In this document: positions 38,691-47,820 of the stretch, piece by piece | Numbering within the stretch: position 1 is the first letter of the stretch | Layout: each line of letters starts with the position of its first letter | DNA from: Candidatus Saccharimonadales bacterium | Lineage (GTDB): Bacteria; Patescibacteriota; Saccharimonadia; Saccharimonadales; JBBQAJ01 | DNA: 64,000 nucleotides | Reading direction: 5' to 3' | NCBI GenBank assembly: GCA_038316195.1 | Contig: JBBQAJ010000002.1 | Coordinates: forward strand, 22,773-86,772 | Program-made: the position numbers and the translations under genes | The notes under the pieces: generated by a model | Told to the model about the DNA's origin: nothing | Database searches by the model: none | Seen by the model: only the letters and a program-made list of their open reading frames with translations

Positions 38691-39038
38691 ATGACTTATT
38701 CAAGTTCACTTGCGATGGGTAGACAAAGATTTGCTGCAGGACAGCAAAATACTACACGTCACAAAGTAAGCGATCGTACTCTCGGACCGGTCAGTAATAC
38801 GATTATGTTGATTGTGCTTGCATGCTTACTCGGTTTGCTTTATCTGACGCAAGTTACTAAGACAAATGCTCTAAGTTATCAGATAAATGGACTCAAGACG
38901 CAGCAAACTCAATTAAAAAACGAAAACGATGACCTTGCAGTCAGTTCTGCACGCCTACAATCTCTTGAAAGGGTAAAAAATAGTGACGTCGCAAATAAAT
39001 TAGTTTCACTTTCAGCATCATCGACTATCCAAAATTAA
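38691..39038 (+). CDS. ftsL: FtsL-like cell division protein
   Basis: A small bitopic protein with a TM helix (IMLIVLACLLGLLYL) followed by a coiled coil. Sits between rsmH and ftsI. Confidence 0.7.
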   Translation: MTYSSSLAMGRQRFAAGQQNTTRHKVSDRTLGPVSNTIMLIVLACLLGLLYLTQVTKTNALSYQINGLKTQQTQLKNENDDLAVSSARLQSLERVKNSDVANKLVSLSASSTIQN

Positions 39039-39051
39039 TTAAAGTTTTATT

Positions 39052-40824
39052 GTGCGTCCAAAACAACAAAATCAATCAGTTTCAAATACGTTATCACGCG
39101 TCAAATTTTGGTACGCGTGTTTGTTGGTTATTGCAGGGATATTTTTAATTAGATTATTTTATCTTCAAGTTATAAGACATAGTTATTATCAACAAGCTGC
39201 TTTAAGGGGACAATTGAAGCAATATGAAATACAACCCGAACGAGGGACTATTATTGCTCATAATGGCACTGAAACAACGCCAATTGTTTTGAACCAAACT
39301 CTTTATACACTCTACGCTGACCCTAAGTTCATAAAAGACGCTCCAAATACTGCGCAAGCTGTTCAAAAAGTTATTGGAGGCGATACAAAGGGCTACAAAA
39401 CAAAAATGACTGCAAATAGTCGATATGAAATATTGGGTAAAAAACTTTCTAAACAACAGAGCGATGTTATTCGTGCTCTAAAATTAAAAGGTATTGGTAC
39501 TCAACCAACAAATTATCGTACATATCCCCAAGGTCAATTAGCTGCCCAAGTGCTAGGCTTCGTTAACGATGAAGGTGATGGCCAGTACGGTATCGAACAA
39601 GTACTTAACAATCAGCTAAAAGGAAAAGCTGGTTCATTAAAAGCGATCACTGATGCTCAGGGTGTGCCGTTAGCTGCAAACAAAGAAAATGTAGTTGTAA
39701 ATCCTGAGCCTGGCAAAAAAATATTGTTGACGCTTGACCTTGGAATGCAGCAACAATTAGAAGATATTCTAAAAAAGCAAATTGATGAAACAAAGGCATC
39801 ATCTGGAAGTGCACTAATTATGGATGCAAACACGGGAGCTATAAAAGCTATGTCGAACTATCCCACTTTTAATCCTGCTGATTTTAGTAAAGTAGAAAAC
39901 CAATCATTGTTTCGTAATGCCGTTGTAACAGATGCATTTGAGGTAGGATCAATTATGAAAACACTAACTGCAGTTTCAGCGTTTGATCAAGGAGTTGTAA
40001 GCAAAGACTCAACCTATTATGACCCAGGTGAATATGTTATTGATGGATCTACAATAACAAATACTGAATACGGAGGCGCAGGGACTAAGAGTATCGCTGA
40101 CATATTTAGGTTATCACTTAACACTGGTGCTACATGGATGTTAACGCAAATGGGTGGCGGCCAAATCAATCAAAAAGCACGCGAAACATGGCATGATTAT
40201 TTAACTAATCATTATCAATTTGGAAAACCAACGGGGGTTGAGCAAAGTAATGAGGGTGCAGGTTTGGTACCTGATCCAAATAAAGGCTTCGGACTAAATT
40301 TGCAATATGCAAATACTGCATTTGGACAGGGCCAAACCGAAACCGTATTACAGATGGGAGCTGCGATTGCATCAGCTGTAAATGGTGGTACATATTATAA
40401 ACCACGATTGGTTGATGCATATATACAGCCTGATGGGAGTATAAAAAATACAGACACTGTGATAGTAAGAAAAGATGTTGTCAGTAAACATGCCAGTCAA
40501 GACTTGCGCGAACTAATGGAACTCACAGCACAAAAAAATAAATTAGTTTACGGTACTAGAACGCTTCGTGATGAATACGCGTATGGGGGTAAAACTGGAA
40601 CAGCTCAGATATCAAACCCTGCAGGAGGTTATTATGATAATCAATTTGAAGGTACTTTTTTGGGTTATATTGGGGGTGATATGCCTGAATATGTGATTGT
40701 TGTTAGGGTAACAAACGCTCGTAAAATTTCGGGTTTTGCTGGCTCAAAAGCTGCTGCGCCAGTTTTCTTCAGTCTGGCTGACATGTTGATTAATAATTTT
40801 GGTGTAAAGCCCAAAACAAAGTAA
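39052..40824 (+). CDS. ftsI: Penicillin-binding protein 2/3-type transpeptidase (FtsI)
   Basis: GTG start, an N-terminal TM helix, and the SxxK (SIMK), SxN (SLN) and KTG(T) (KTGTA) motifs. Confidence 0.92.
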   Translation: MRPKQQNQSVSNTLSRVKFWYACLLVIAGIFLIRLFYLQVIRHSYYQQAALRGQLKQYEIQPERGTIIAHNGTETTPIVLNQTLYTLYADPKFIKDAPNTAQAVQKVIGGDTKGYKTKMTANSRYEILGKKLSKQQSDVIRALKLKGIGTQPTNYRTYPQGQLAAQVLGFVNDEGDGQYGIEQVLNNQLKGKAGSLKAITDAQGVPLAANKENVVVNPEPGKKILLTLDLGMQQQLEDILKKQIDETKASSGSALIMDANTGAIKAMSNYPTFNPADFSKVENQSLFRNAVVTDAFEVGSIMKTLTAVSAFDQGVVSKDSTYYDPGEYVIDGSTITNTEYGGAGTKSIADIFRLSLNTGATWMLTQMGGGQINQKARETWHDYLTNHYQFGKPTGVEQSNEGAGLVPDPNKGFGLNLQYANTAFGQGQTETVLQMGAAIASAVNGGTYYKPRLVDAYIQPDGSIKNTDTVIVRKDVVSKHASQDLRELMELTAQKNKLVYGTRTLRDEYAYGGKTGTAQISNPAGGYYDNQFEGTFLGYIGGDMPEYVIVVRVTNARKISGFAGSKAAAPVFFSLADMLINNFGVKPKTK

Positions 40825-40851
40825 TTTAAGGTATAATTAAGGTATATTTTT

Positions 40852-41895
40852 ATGGAACAGACACTAAATATAACAGTACAAATAAATACAGTTGCTAGAA
40901 TATTGCTGCTTGGAGGAATGAGTTTTGTGCTAAGCATGTTATTAACTCCTGTATATACTTATTTAGCATACAAAGGACAATGGTGGAAAAAACCCCGGGA
41001 AAAAACGTTGACAGGCGAAATTGCAAAAGTTTTCACAAAATTGCACGCATCAAAACACAAACGGTTGATTCCCACAATGGCCGGTATTATTTTTGTCCTA
41101 TCGGCTGGTTTTACAACTTTATTTTTCAATCTTAGTCGGCCCGAAACATGGTTACCATTGGCAGCATTTGTTGGAGCAGGTGCTGTTGGGCTTTTAGACG
41201 ACTTTATTAACATTCGAGGTAATGGCAAGGGAGTTGCTGGGTTGCCATCTAAATTCAAACTTCTATTTACGACTATAATTGCACTTATTGGTGGTTGGTT
41301 CTTTTATTTCAAGCTAGAGGTAACAAGCATACATATTCCATGGATTGGTCAGTTCGGCATAGGGTGGTTGATCATACCTTTATTTGTTTTAGTTGTCGTT
41401 GCTACAGCTAACGCTGTGAATATTAGTGATGGGTTAGATGGCTTAGCCGGTGGGCTTACGTCAATTGCTTTTGGTATCTATGCAGTAATAGCGTTTATAG
41501 AGCACAGGTATGGTATCTCAGGTTTTTGCATGAGTATTGTTGGAGCATTACTTAGCTATACTTGGTTTAACATTTACCCTGCAAGATTTTTCATGGGAGA
41601 TGTTGGTTCTTTTGCTTTAGGAACAGCTCTTGGTGTAGTTGCGATGCTTACAGATACAGTTGTACTTTTACCAATAATTGGATTTGTTTTTGTGGCAGAG
41701 GCTGGTTCTGTGATTATGCAGATAACGTCAAAGAAACTCCGAAATGGTAAGAAGATATTTTTAATTTCACCTATTCATCATCATTTTGAAGCATTGGGTT
41801 GGCCTGAAACAAAGGTGACAATGAGATTTTGGGTCATTGGACAAGTTGCGGGTATATTAGGACTTGTATTATTTTTGCTTGGAAGGAATTTCTAG
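40852..41895 (+). CDS. mraY: Phospho-N-acetylmuramoyl-pentapeptide transferase
   Basis: Polytopic membrane protein with NAVNISDGLDGLA, GDVGS and HHHFE. Confidence 0.95.
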   Translation: MEQTLNITVQINTVARILLLGGMSFVLSMLLTPVYTYLAYKGQWWKKPREKTLTGEIAKVFTKLHASKHKRLIPTMAGIIFVLSAGFTTLFFNLSRPETWLPLAAFVGAGAVGLLDDFINIRGNGKGVAGLPSKFKLLFTTIIALIGGWFFYFKLEVTSIHIPWIGQFGIGWLIIPLFVLVVVATANAVNISDGLDGLAGGLTSIAFGIYAVIAFIEHRYGISGFCMSIVGALLSYTWFNIYPARFFMGDVGSFALGTALGVVAMLTDTVVLLPIIGFVFVAEAGSVIMQITSKKLRNGKKIFLISPIHHHFEALGWPETKVTMRFWVIGQVAGILGLVLFLLGRNF

Positions 41896-41947
41896 GAGTT
41901 ATTGTTATGATTTTATTATTTTCGCATTTCGCAAGATTGGATCAATA

Positions 41948-43165
41948 ATGCGTCCAAATGGCGCTAGAAGACCAGCATTTGTTGACAGGTCTGGACAAAG
42001 GCGTCACAGGCCAGACTACATTTTGTTACTTATGGCGGTTGCGCTACTTGTCGTAGGGTTGATAATTGTTTATGCAATTAGTCCAGGTTTAGCTGTTCAA
42101 AAAAATCTAACAGAAAATTATATAGTTTCAAAACAAATTATTACCACAATACTTGCAATTATTACTTTTGCAGTAGTAGCTAAAGTACCAGTATCAGCAT
42201 GGAAAAAACTGAAAAATCCACTTATCGTTCTTGCGGGTAGTGCTACTTTACTAGCATTAATTTTGCCAGTTAGTGCAGATTATCCAGCACATCGTTGGGT
42301 TAGACTAGGCGGACAGTCGCTGCAATCAGTTGAATTCGTGAAGCTGGCAATAGTAGTAAGTCTCGCAGCTTTTTTGGCAGATAAGATTAATCGTAGATCT
42401 ATTACTGATTCTAAGCGTACACTCAACCCAATATTAGTAGTTCTGGGGATTCTCGGGGTCATTGTTGCTGGCGCTCAACAAGACCTTGGATCAACTGGGG
42501 TTTTGGTTGTTATGATGGCGGCAATGGCATACGTTGCCGGGCTTCCACTAAAAAGAGTTGGATTAATTGGTGGAATAATATTGATTGGTACATTTATAGC
42601 AATATCATCATCCACCTATAGACGAGAAAGGGTACTAACTTATCTAAGCCCAGAGAAAGATTGTCAAAATGCAGGCTATCAAGCCTGCCAAGCCCTTATT
42701 GCCGTTGGTTCTGGTGGTATTTCAGGAAAAGGTAACAACGATGCCCAAGCATACGGATATTTACCAGAAGCTTCAAACGACTCTATATTTGCCATATTGG
42801 CAGAAAAGTTTGGTTTTATTGGTACCGCAGCATTGCTGGCGCTTTATATAGGCCTATTTAGTAGAATTAAGAATATTTTAGAAAGAGCAGAAGATAATTT
42901 TTCTAGATTAATGGTAGCTGGAATTTTAGCCTGGTTAAGCACCCAAACGCTTATTAACATTGGTGCTATGATTGGTCTTTTGCCACTTAAGGGTATTACT
43001 TTGCCATTTATTAGTGCAGGTGGAACAAGTGTACTTTTTGTTAGCGCATCAATTGGCATAGTTTTTCAAATATCACATTATACAAGTTTTGGAGTGAACA
43101 ATTTAGATAACTCAGAACAAGTTGGGACAGGATCAGATTGGCGTAGGGATAGGCCTCGACGATGA
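41948..43165 (+). CDS. ftsW: FtsW/RodA (SEDS) family peptidoglycan polymerase
   Basis: Ten TM helices, plus LPEASNDSIFA and LPFISAGGTS. ATG 41948 is preferred, because the tracked start at 41864 overlaps mraY by 32 nt. Confidence 0.9.
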   Translation: MRPNGARRPAFVDRSGQRRHRPDYILLLMAVALLVVGLIIVYAISPGLAVQKNLTENYIVSKQIITTILAIITFAVVAKVPVSAWKKLKNPLIVLAGSATLLALILPVSADYPAHRWVRLGGQSLQSVEFVKLAIVVSLAAFLADKINRRSITDSKRTLNPILVVLGILGVIVAGAQQDLGSTGVLVVMMAAMAYVAGLPLKRVGLIGGIILIGTFIAISSSTYRRERVLTYLSPEKDCQNAGYQACQALIAVGSGGISGKGNNDAQAYGYLPEASNDSIFAILAEKFGFIGTAALLALYIGLFSRIKNILERAEDNFSRLMVAGILAWLSTQTLINIGAMIGLLPLKGITLPFISAGGTSVLFVSASIGIVFQISHYTSFGVNNLDNSEQVGTGSDWRRDRPRR

Positions 43166-44319
43166 AGTACTTGTTAAGTGGTGGTGGCACTGGAGGGCAT
43201 ATAACGCCAATTTTAGCCGTTGCAGAAGAACTCAAGCTTTTACAGCCAGACTGCACAGTCATATATGTGGGGGAGAGAAATAGCAAATTCCAGACTTTGA
43301 CAAATAGTAATGATCTAATTGATGAAAAACATAGCATATTTTCTGGCAAATTTCGTCGATACCATGAAGAAAAATTCTTAAAACGAATCCTCGACATGAA
43401 AACAAATTTTAAAAATTTAAGAGACATACTATTTGTTATAATTGGATATTTTCAAAGTATATCTATCCTGATGAAATCTAAGCCTGATGTTGTGTTTCTA
43501 AAAGGTGGATATGTAGGGGTGCCTATAGGATTTGCAGCTGCGTTATTACGTATACCAATTGTCACTCATGACTCTGATGCAATACCTGGATTGGCAAATA
43601 AAGTTATTAGCAAATGGACGAAAATTCATGCCACAGCATTGTCCTCAAAATACTACAATTATCCAAAAAATAAAGTTAAAAACGTTGGCGTATTAGTAGA
43701 AAAATCCTACCAACCAGTTAATGTAGGTATGAAAAGAAATTATAAAAAACAACTTGATTTACCTGAAGACGATCCACTACTCTTGGTTACTGGAGGCAGT
43801 TCAGGTGCAGAGAGATTAAATGTTGCTGTTGTAAAAATTATAAATAAATTGCTAGAAAGTCAAACTAGTTTGAGGGTAATTCATCAAGTAGGACAAGGAA
43901 AAGAATCTGTTTACGCTGGTTATCGACACGAAAGACTGCGAATAGTAGAGTTCATGAAACCAATGTATGAGTATACAGGTGCAGCAGACTTGATTGTTTC
44001 CAGAGCTGGTGCAAACGCATTAGCAGAATTTGGAACACAAGGCAAAGCGTGTATTATTGTACCTAACCCCGATCTTACCGGTGGTCATCAGACTAAAAAT
44101 GCTCAAATATTAGAAGAGCAGGGAGCTGCAATTGTAGTTACAGAAGATAAGATAACAGATGATAAATTAGGCCTGCTGGCTTCTATTGAATTCTTATTAG
44201 GCGATGAAACAAAAAGGCAGCAACTAGCTGAAAAACTACAAAAAACAATTTTACCAAATGCGGCTAATGAATTGGCTAAAATTCTTGTTAATTTATCAAT
44301 TAATATGAGTACGAAATGA
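43162..44319 (+). CDS. murG: UDP-GlcNAc:lipid I N-acetylglucosaminyltransferase MurG
   Basis: GGGTGGHITP, TGGSSGA and RAGANALAE. Confidence 0.93.
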   Translation: MKYLLSGGGTGGHITPILAVAEELKLLQPDCTVIYVGERNSKFQTLTNSNDLIDEKHSIFSGKFRRYHEEKFLKRILDMKTNFKNLRDILFVIIGYFQSISILMKSKPDVVFLKGGYVGVPIGFAAALLRIPIVTHDSDAIPGLANKVISKWTKIHATALSSKYYNYPKNKVKNVGVLVEKSYQPVNVGMKRNYKKQLDLPEDDPLLLVTGGSSGAERLNVAVVKIINKLLESQTSLRVIHQVGQGKESVYAGYRHERLRIVEFMKPMYEYTGAADLIVSRAGANALAEFGTQGKACIIVPNPDLTGGHQTKNAQILEEQGAAIVVTEDKITDDKLGLLASIEFLLGDETKRQQLAEKLQKTILPNAANELAKILVNLSINMSTK

Positions 44320-44320
44320 A

Positions 44321-45235
44321 ATGAAATTTCTGAGAAGAAAAAATAAATCAGCGTTAATTAATAAACGAGATAGTTCATCGAAAAACTATCCAACTACATT
44401 TTCATATTATGCACGTGGTACATCTCCGAGTTCAGCTAATATCGGAAGAAAAGGTGAAATAAATGTAGGAAAAAATAAATCTTTTCGTCTAAAATTAAGT
44501 CATTTTCCAAGTTACGTTGCCTTAATTGTAATAATTGTTGCACTAGGATATTCATGCGTTCTGCAACCAAATCCTAAAATTATCATTGTAAATGTTCCTG
44601 ACTCTGTACATAGGGATTCAAAAGCATACAAAGACTCGGTAAATATGATTTGGAAAAAATCATTATTTAGTAGAACAAAAATTACTATTTCTACTGTAGA
44701 AGTTCGCAAAGAAATTTCAAAATCTTTTCCAGAGATTGGAGATATTAAAATTGAATTGCCCTTATTGGGTCGACGAGCAAAAGTTGTATTGACACCCGTT
44801 AAGCCTGCTATTCAACTGGTAAGTGTAAACGGTTCTTTTTATGTCGATTCAAACGGTAAGGTTCTAGGTAAAACATCAGAATTAATAAAAAATGATATTA
44901 GAAATTTGCCATTCATTCGTGATGAATCTGGTATTTCATCTGATCCAGGCAAAATAATAATTCCAGGACCAGATGCAAAATTTTTACAAAACCTATTCGA
45001 TCAACTACAGGCTCAAAATGTAGCTGTTGAGTCTATTACTCTACCAGTAGGTGCAGCAATACAAGCAAATCTAAAGGTTGTCGGTCAGCCATACTACGTA
45101 AAATTTATCTTAGACAGCGATCCTAGGCAAGCAGTAGGGACGTACTTGGCTGCAAAAGCCAAACTAGACTCAAAAGGGATCTTACCCCTTGAATATCTTG
45201 ACGTACGTGTTGAAGAAAAAGTGTTTTATAAGTAA
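44321..45235 (+). CDS. ftsQ: FtsQ/DivIB-like cell division protein
   Basis: Basic cytoplasmic N-terminus, one TM helix and a POTRA-like region. Located directly after murG. Confidence 0.75.
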   Translation: MKFLRRKNKSALINKRDSSSKNYPTTFSYYARGTSPSSANIGRKGEINVGKNKSFRLKLSHFPSYVALIVIIVALGYSCVLQPNPKIIIVNVPDSVHRDSKAYKDSVNMIWKKSLFSRTKITISTVEVRKEISKSFPEIGDIKIELPLLGRRAKVVLTPVKPAIQLVSVNGSFYVDSNGKVLGKTSELIKNDIRNLPFIRDESGISSDPGKIIIPGPDAKFLQNLFDQLQAQNVAVESITLPVGAAIQANLKVVGQPYYVKFILDSDPRQAVGTYLAAKAKLDSKGILPLEYLDVRVEEKVFYK

Positions 45236-45560
45236 GGGTATTAATAAGCTCAAACAATCAAACAAATAGACCCTACTGCTGCTACACTACTCTAGTTCGT
45301 AAAATGTTCATAATTAAAGTTGTGTAAATAATATCAAAAAAACTATACAATACATACAAAATAGGCAATTGTCAAAAAAATAGCTAACAACAGAAAAACA
45401 GGGTATTGCAAATTAGAAAACAGAATTCATGAAAAAGCAAATGATTTCACGACATAACTGTGGATAAGTCAATTAATGACAAATATCACAACAAAGCAAG
45501 TAATTTAATAGGACATCTTTAAGCAACTAGTTGTACGTTAATAACAATATAGAAGACGAA

Positions 45561-45583
45561 ACTAAACACTAAACACTAAACAC
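45561..45583. repeat. Heptamer tandem repeat (ACTAAAC) x3.3
   Basis: actaaac actaaac actaaac ac, inside the 627-bp convergent intergenic region. Confidence 0.8.
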
Positions 45584-45862
45584 GTAGTCACAGGCACATT
45601 ACCATAAAGTCCCCTGTATTAGGGCATACACTGAATCAACTATTATAAGCATAACCGAGTCGTAAAATATACATTGTGCGACGTGATGTATATATCTTTT
45701 AAATTTAGTTTGTTATCCTCTGTTTGGCTATTCGGGTCTGTTATTTTAAAATATTGTATTTGTTTTTGATGTTATACCCTTTCTTCGAGGATAGGATTTA
45801 TATATGCATATATTCTTAAATCACCTAATGCTTATATTCTGTGTTCGTAAAATGTACGTAAT

Positions 45863-46573
45863 TTAATTATGAATAGTTTTAGGAATATCCTGTATTATTT
45901 GAGATTGTCCTAGAACAAGTGCAAGTCTATCTACAGTTTGATTTGAAACCGAATGAAGTGTTTGTGGCTCAACCCAAAGTGCAATATCTCCTATTCCCTG
46001 TATTACGTTACTTCGCGTCGGCTTATCATATCCATTGTTATAATCAACAGTAAATTTACGAACTTTATTTGGCAATAGCAATCCATCTTTGTCAGTAAGT
46101 AAGCTTCTGGGCAATTTTTCTAATCCAAATGAACATACTCCTAATAATCCAAGTGATAATCCCACTGGTCCCCAAATATGTGCAGCACTATAATACTCAG
46201 CGTCTGCATGTGTTGCTGAACCATCCCGGGCATAAATAATAGGAGATACTGGTGTTACGGACCGGGTGTTTGTGAAGGCAATTTCAGTCCATATACTTGC
46301 TATTACATCATCGATTTCCTTCAATTGAGGTAAATGCTCCAGAAGACTATAAAAGTATGGTTCAGGGTTATCTGAAGCATCGTTTCCTTTTACGGATCTT
46401 CTCTTTGCGATGTCAGCTAGAATGGGAGGATAAAGTGAATTTAAAAATTTTTGATCGACGGCTTCGTAAACAATAACGCCGTCAGTTTCCGGCTCTTTAA
46501 GCGCATTTACGGCATTTAAAAGTTGGTTGGGACCTTTAAATTCAGCAACTCTATTAATTTCAGGTACTTTCAT
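45863..46573 (-). CDS. Hypothetical protein, possibly 2OG-Fe(II) oxygenase / PhyH-like
   Basis: An HxD-like triad element (SATHADAE) and a distal GDIALWVEPQTLHSVSN that resembles the PhyH C-terminal motif. Weak, motif-only evidence. Confidence 0.35.
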   Translation of the reverse strand: MKVPEINRVAEFKGPNQLLNAVNALKEPETDGVIVYEAVDQKFLNSLYPPILADIAKRRSVKGNDASDNPEPYFYSLLEHLPQLKEIDDVIASIWTEIAFTNTRSVTPVSPIIYARDGSATHADAEYYSAAHIWGPVGLSLGLLGVCSFGLEKLPRSLLTDKDGLLLPNKVRKFTVDYNNGYDKPTRSNVIQGIGDIALWVEPQTLHSVSNQTVDRLALVLGQSQIIQDIPKTIHN

Positions 46574-46601
46574 ATTTGTTGATGACAGTTTTTGTTATTT
46601 T

Positions 46602-47633
46602 TTATTCGGACAAAGCGTATGTAGCTTTGGCAACTCTTTTGAACTGCTGTTTGCCTTGTAAATTAAGCAAGATGGTAGTTTCCTTTACATATCGGCTCTT
46701 TAAAACCTGTTTTACGATTTCGTCACGGTGCAACGGTTGTTTGGCTTTTGTAAGTACTTCTGTAATTATGTCGGCTACGGTGCCTTTGCTGTAGCCCCAC
46801 TCTTTAAGAGCGTAAATTCCTCGCCCTATTAGAACGAATCGTTTGTCTTTTATTAGTTCGTTATGGATTGCTTGTGTTGTGACATCTTTACGCTTGAAGT
46901 CACTTCCCTTTATCGCTTCAGAAATCTCATTAAAGTGCATGTGCTTACCATGTTCTTTCAAGATAACATAAATTTTATCTCTGATATTCTTGGGGTTGAC
47001 CATTGGCCATTTGATAAGTCCCCATCGACCGTTAAGTGTTGCAAGCGCTTTGGAAATACTAGCGAGTGCAGAGGCCTGTTTGATGTTATCTATACCAGAT
47101 TCTTTAGCAACTTCATCGATGTTTGCTGGTTCACCAATCTTTTTTACAGCTGCAACAACTTGTTCTACCAATTTTTTAACTTTCTTTTCGTCATGAGCTG
47201 TTTTGTAAGCTATGGCGTGGAAGTAGTTGTCGTTGTCGTCAATCACTACAAGTTTCGGAGATAACTGTGCTAGAAATGACACGCGAGATTGATCAATGCG
47301 AGTATTTTCTTTATTCAATTTTGCACTTAAGTTTGTAACTCGAGAAATGTTGCCCATGTTACCCAGCAGTTCGATAAAGGCATCTTGAACCATTGCTATG
47401 TGTGATAATTGACCAGAATCTGCACTTGCTTTGAGCTTAGTAACAACTGCCTTTTCAAGCTGTCTTACACGTTCTCTGGTAATCCCAAGTAATTCTCCAA
47501 TTTGTTCAAGTGTTTCTTTTCGGTCAAATAAACCAAATCGTCTCGAGATAATTTCCCTTTCGCGTTCACGCTCAATTGTTCCGAGTATGTCGGATACAAT
47601 TTTTTCTATTTGAAGTTTTGAAGTTTCTGGCAT
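46602..47633 (-). CDS. DNA-binding protein with an N-terminal sigma-70 region-4-like HTH and two C-terminal HARE-HTH (RNAP delta-like) modules
   Basis: ISRRFGLFDRKETLEQIGELLGITRERVRQLEKAV matches sigma region 4. KIYVILKEHGKHMHFNEISEAI...GRGIYALKEW and VADIITEVLTKAKQPLHRDEIVKQV...ATYAL resemble HARE-HTH. No sigma region 2 is seen. Confidence 0.6.
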   Translation of the reverse strand: MPETSKLQIEKIVSDILGTIEREREREIISRRFGLFDRKETLEQIGELLGITRERVRQLEKAVVTKLKASADSGQLSHIAMVQDAFIELLGNMGNISRVTNLSAKLNKENTRIDQSRVSFLAQLSPKLVVIDDNDNYFHAIAYKTAHDEKKVKKLVEQVVAAVKKIGEPANIDEVAKESGIDNIKQASALASISKALATLNGRWGLIKWPMVNPKNIRDKIYVILKEHGKHMHFNEISEAIKGSDFKRKDVTTQAIHNELIKDKRFVLIGRGIYALKEWGYSKGTVADIITEVLTKAKQPLHRDEIVKQVLKSRYVKETTILLNLQGKQQFKRVAKATYALSE

Positions 47634-47679
47634 AATTGTTATCTCTCGTATATTACAGTTTATATGTAACTATAGTATT

Positions 47680-47708
47680 ATTCTAAAACACTAGGTCCTA
47701 AAAGTCAA
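47680..47708 (-). promoter_or_regulatory. Sigma-70-type promoter for the 46602-47633 gene
   Basis: On the minus strand: TTGACT (47708-47703), a 17-nt spacer, then TAGAAT (47685-47680). Confidence 0.5.
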
Positions 47709-47820
47709 TACCCTTTTCACTAAATATAATTATAGCATGAAATAGACCATGTTACTTTAAAAATGGTGTAGAAATATCACTACAAAACAACTTGCTAAGA
47801 TACAAAATTGTGGATAAACA

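Noticed and set aside
41864-41947. An N-terminal extension of the ftsW ORF that overlaps mraY by 32 nt
   Set aside because: The extension has odd composition (MYYFCLEGISRSYCYDF...). The SEDS-type basic N-terminus starts at ATG 41948.
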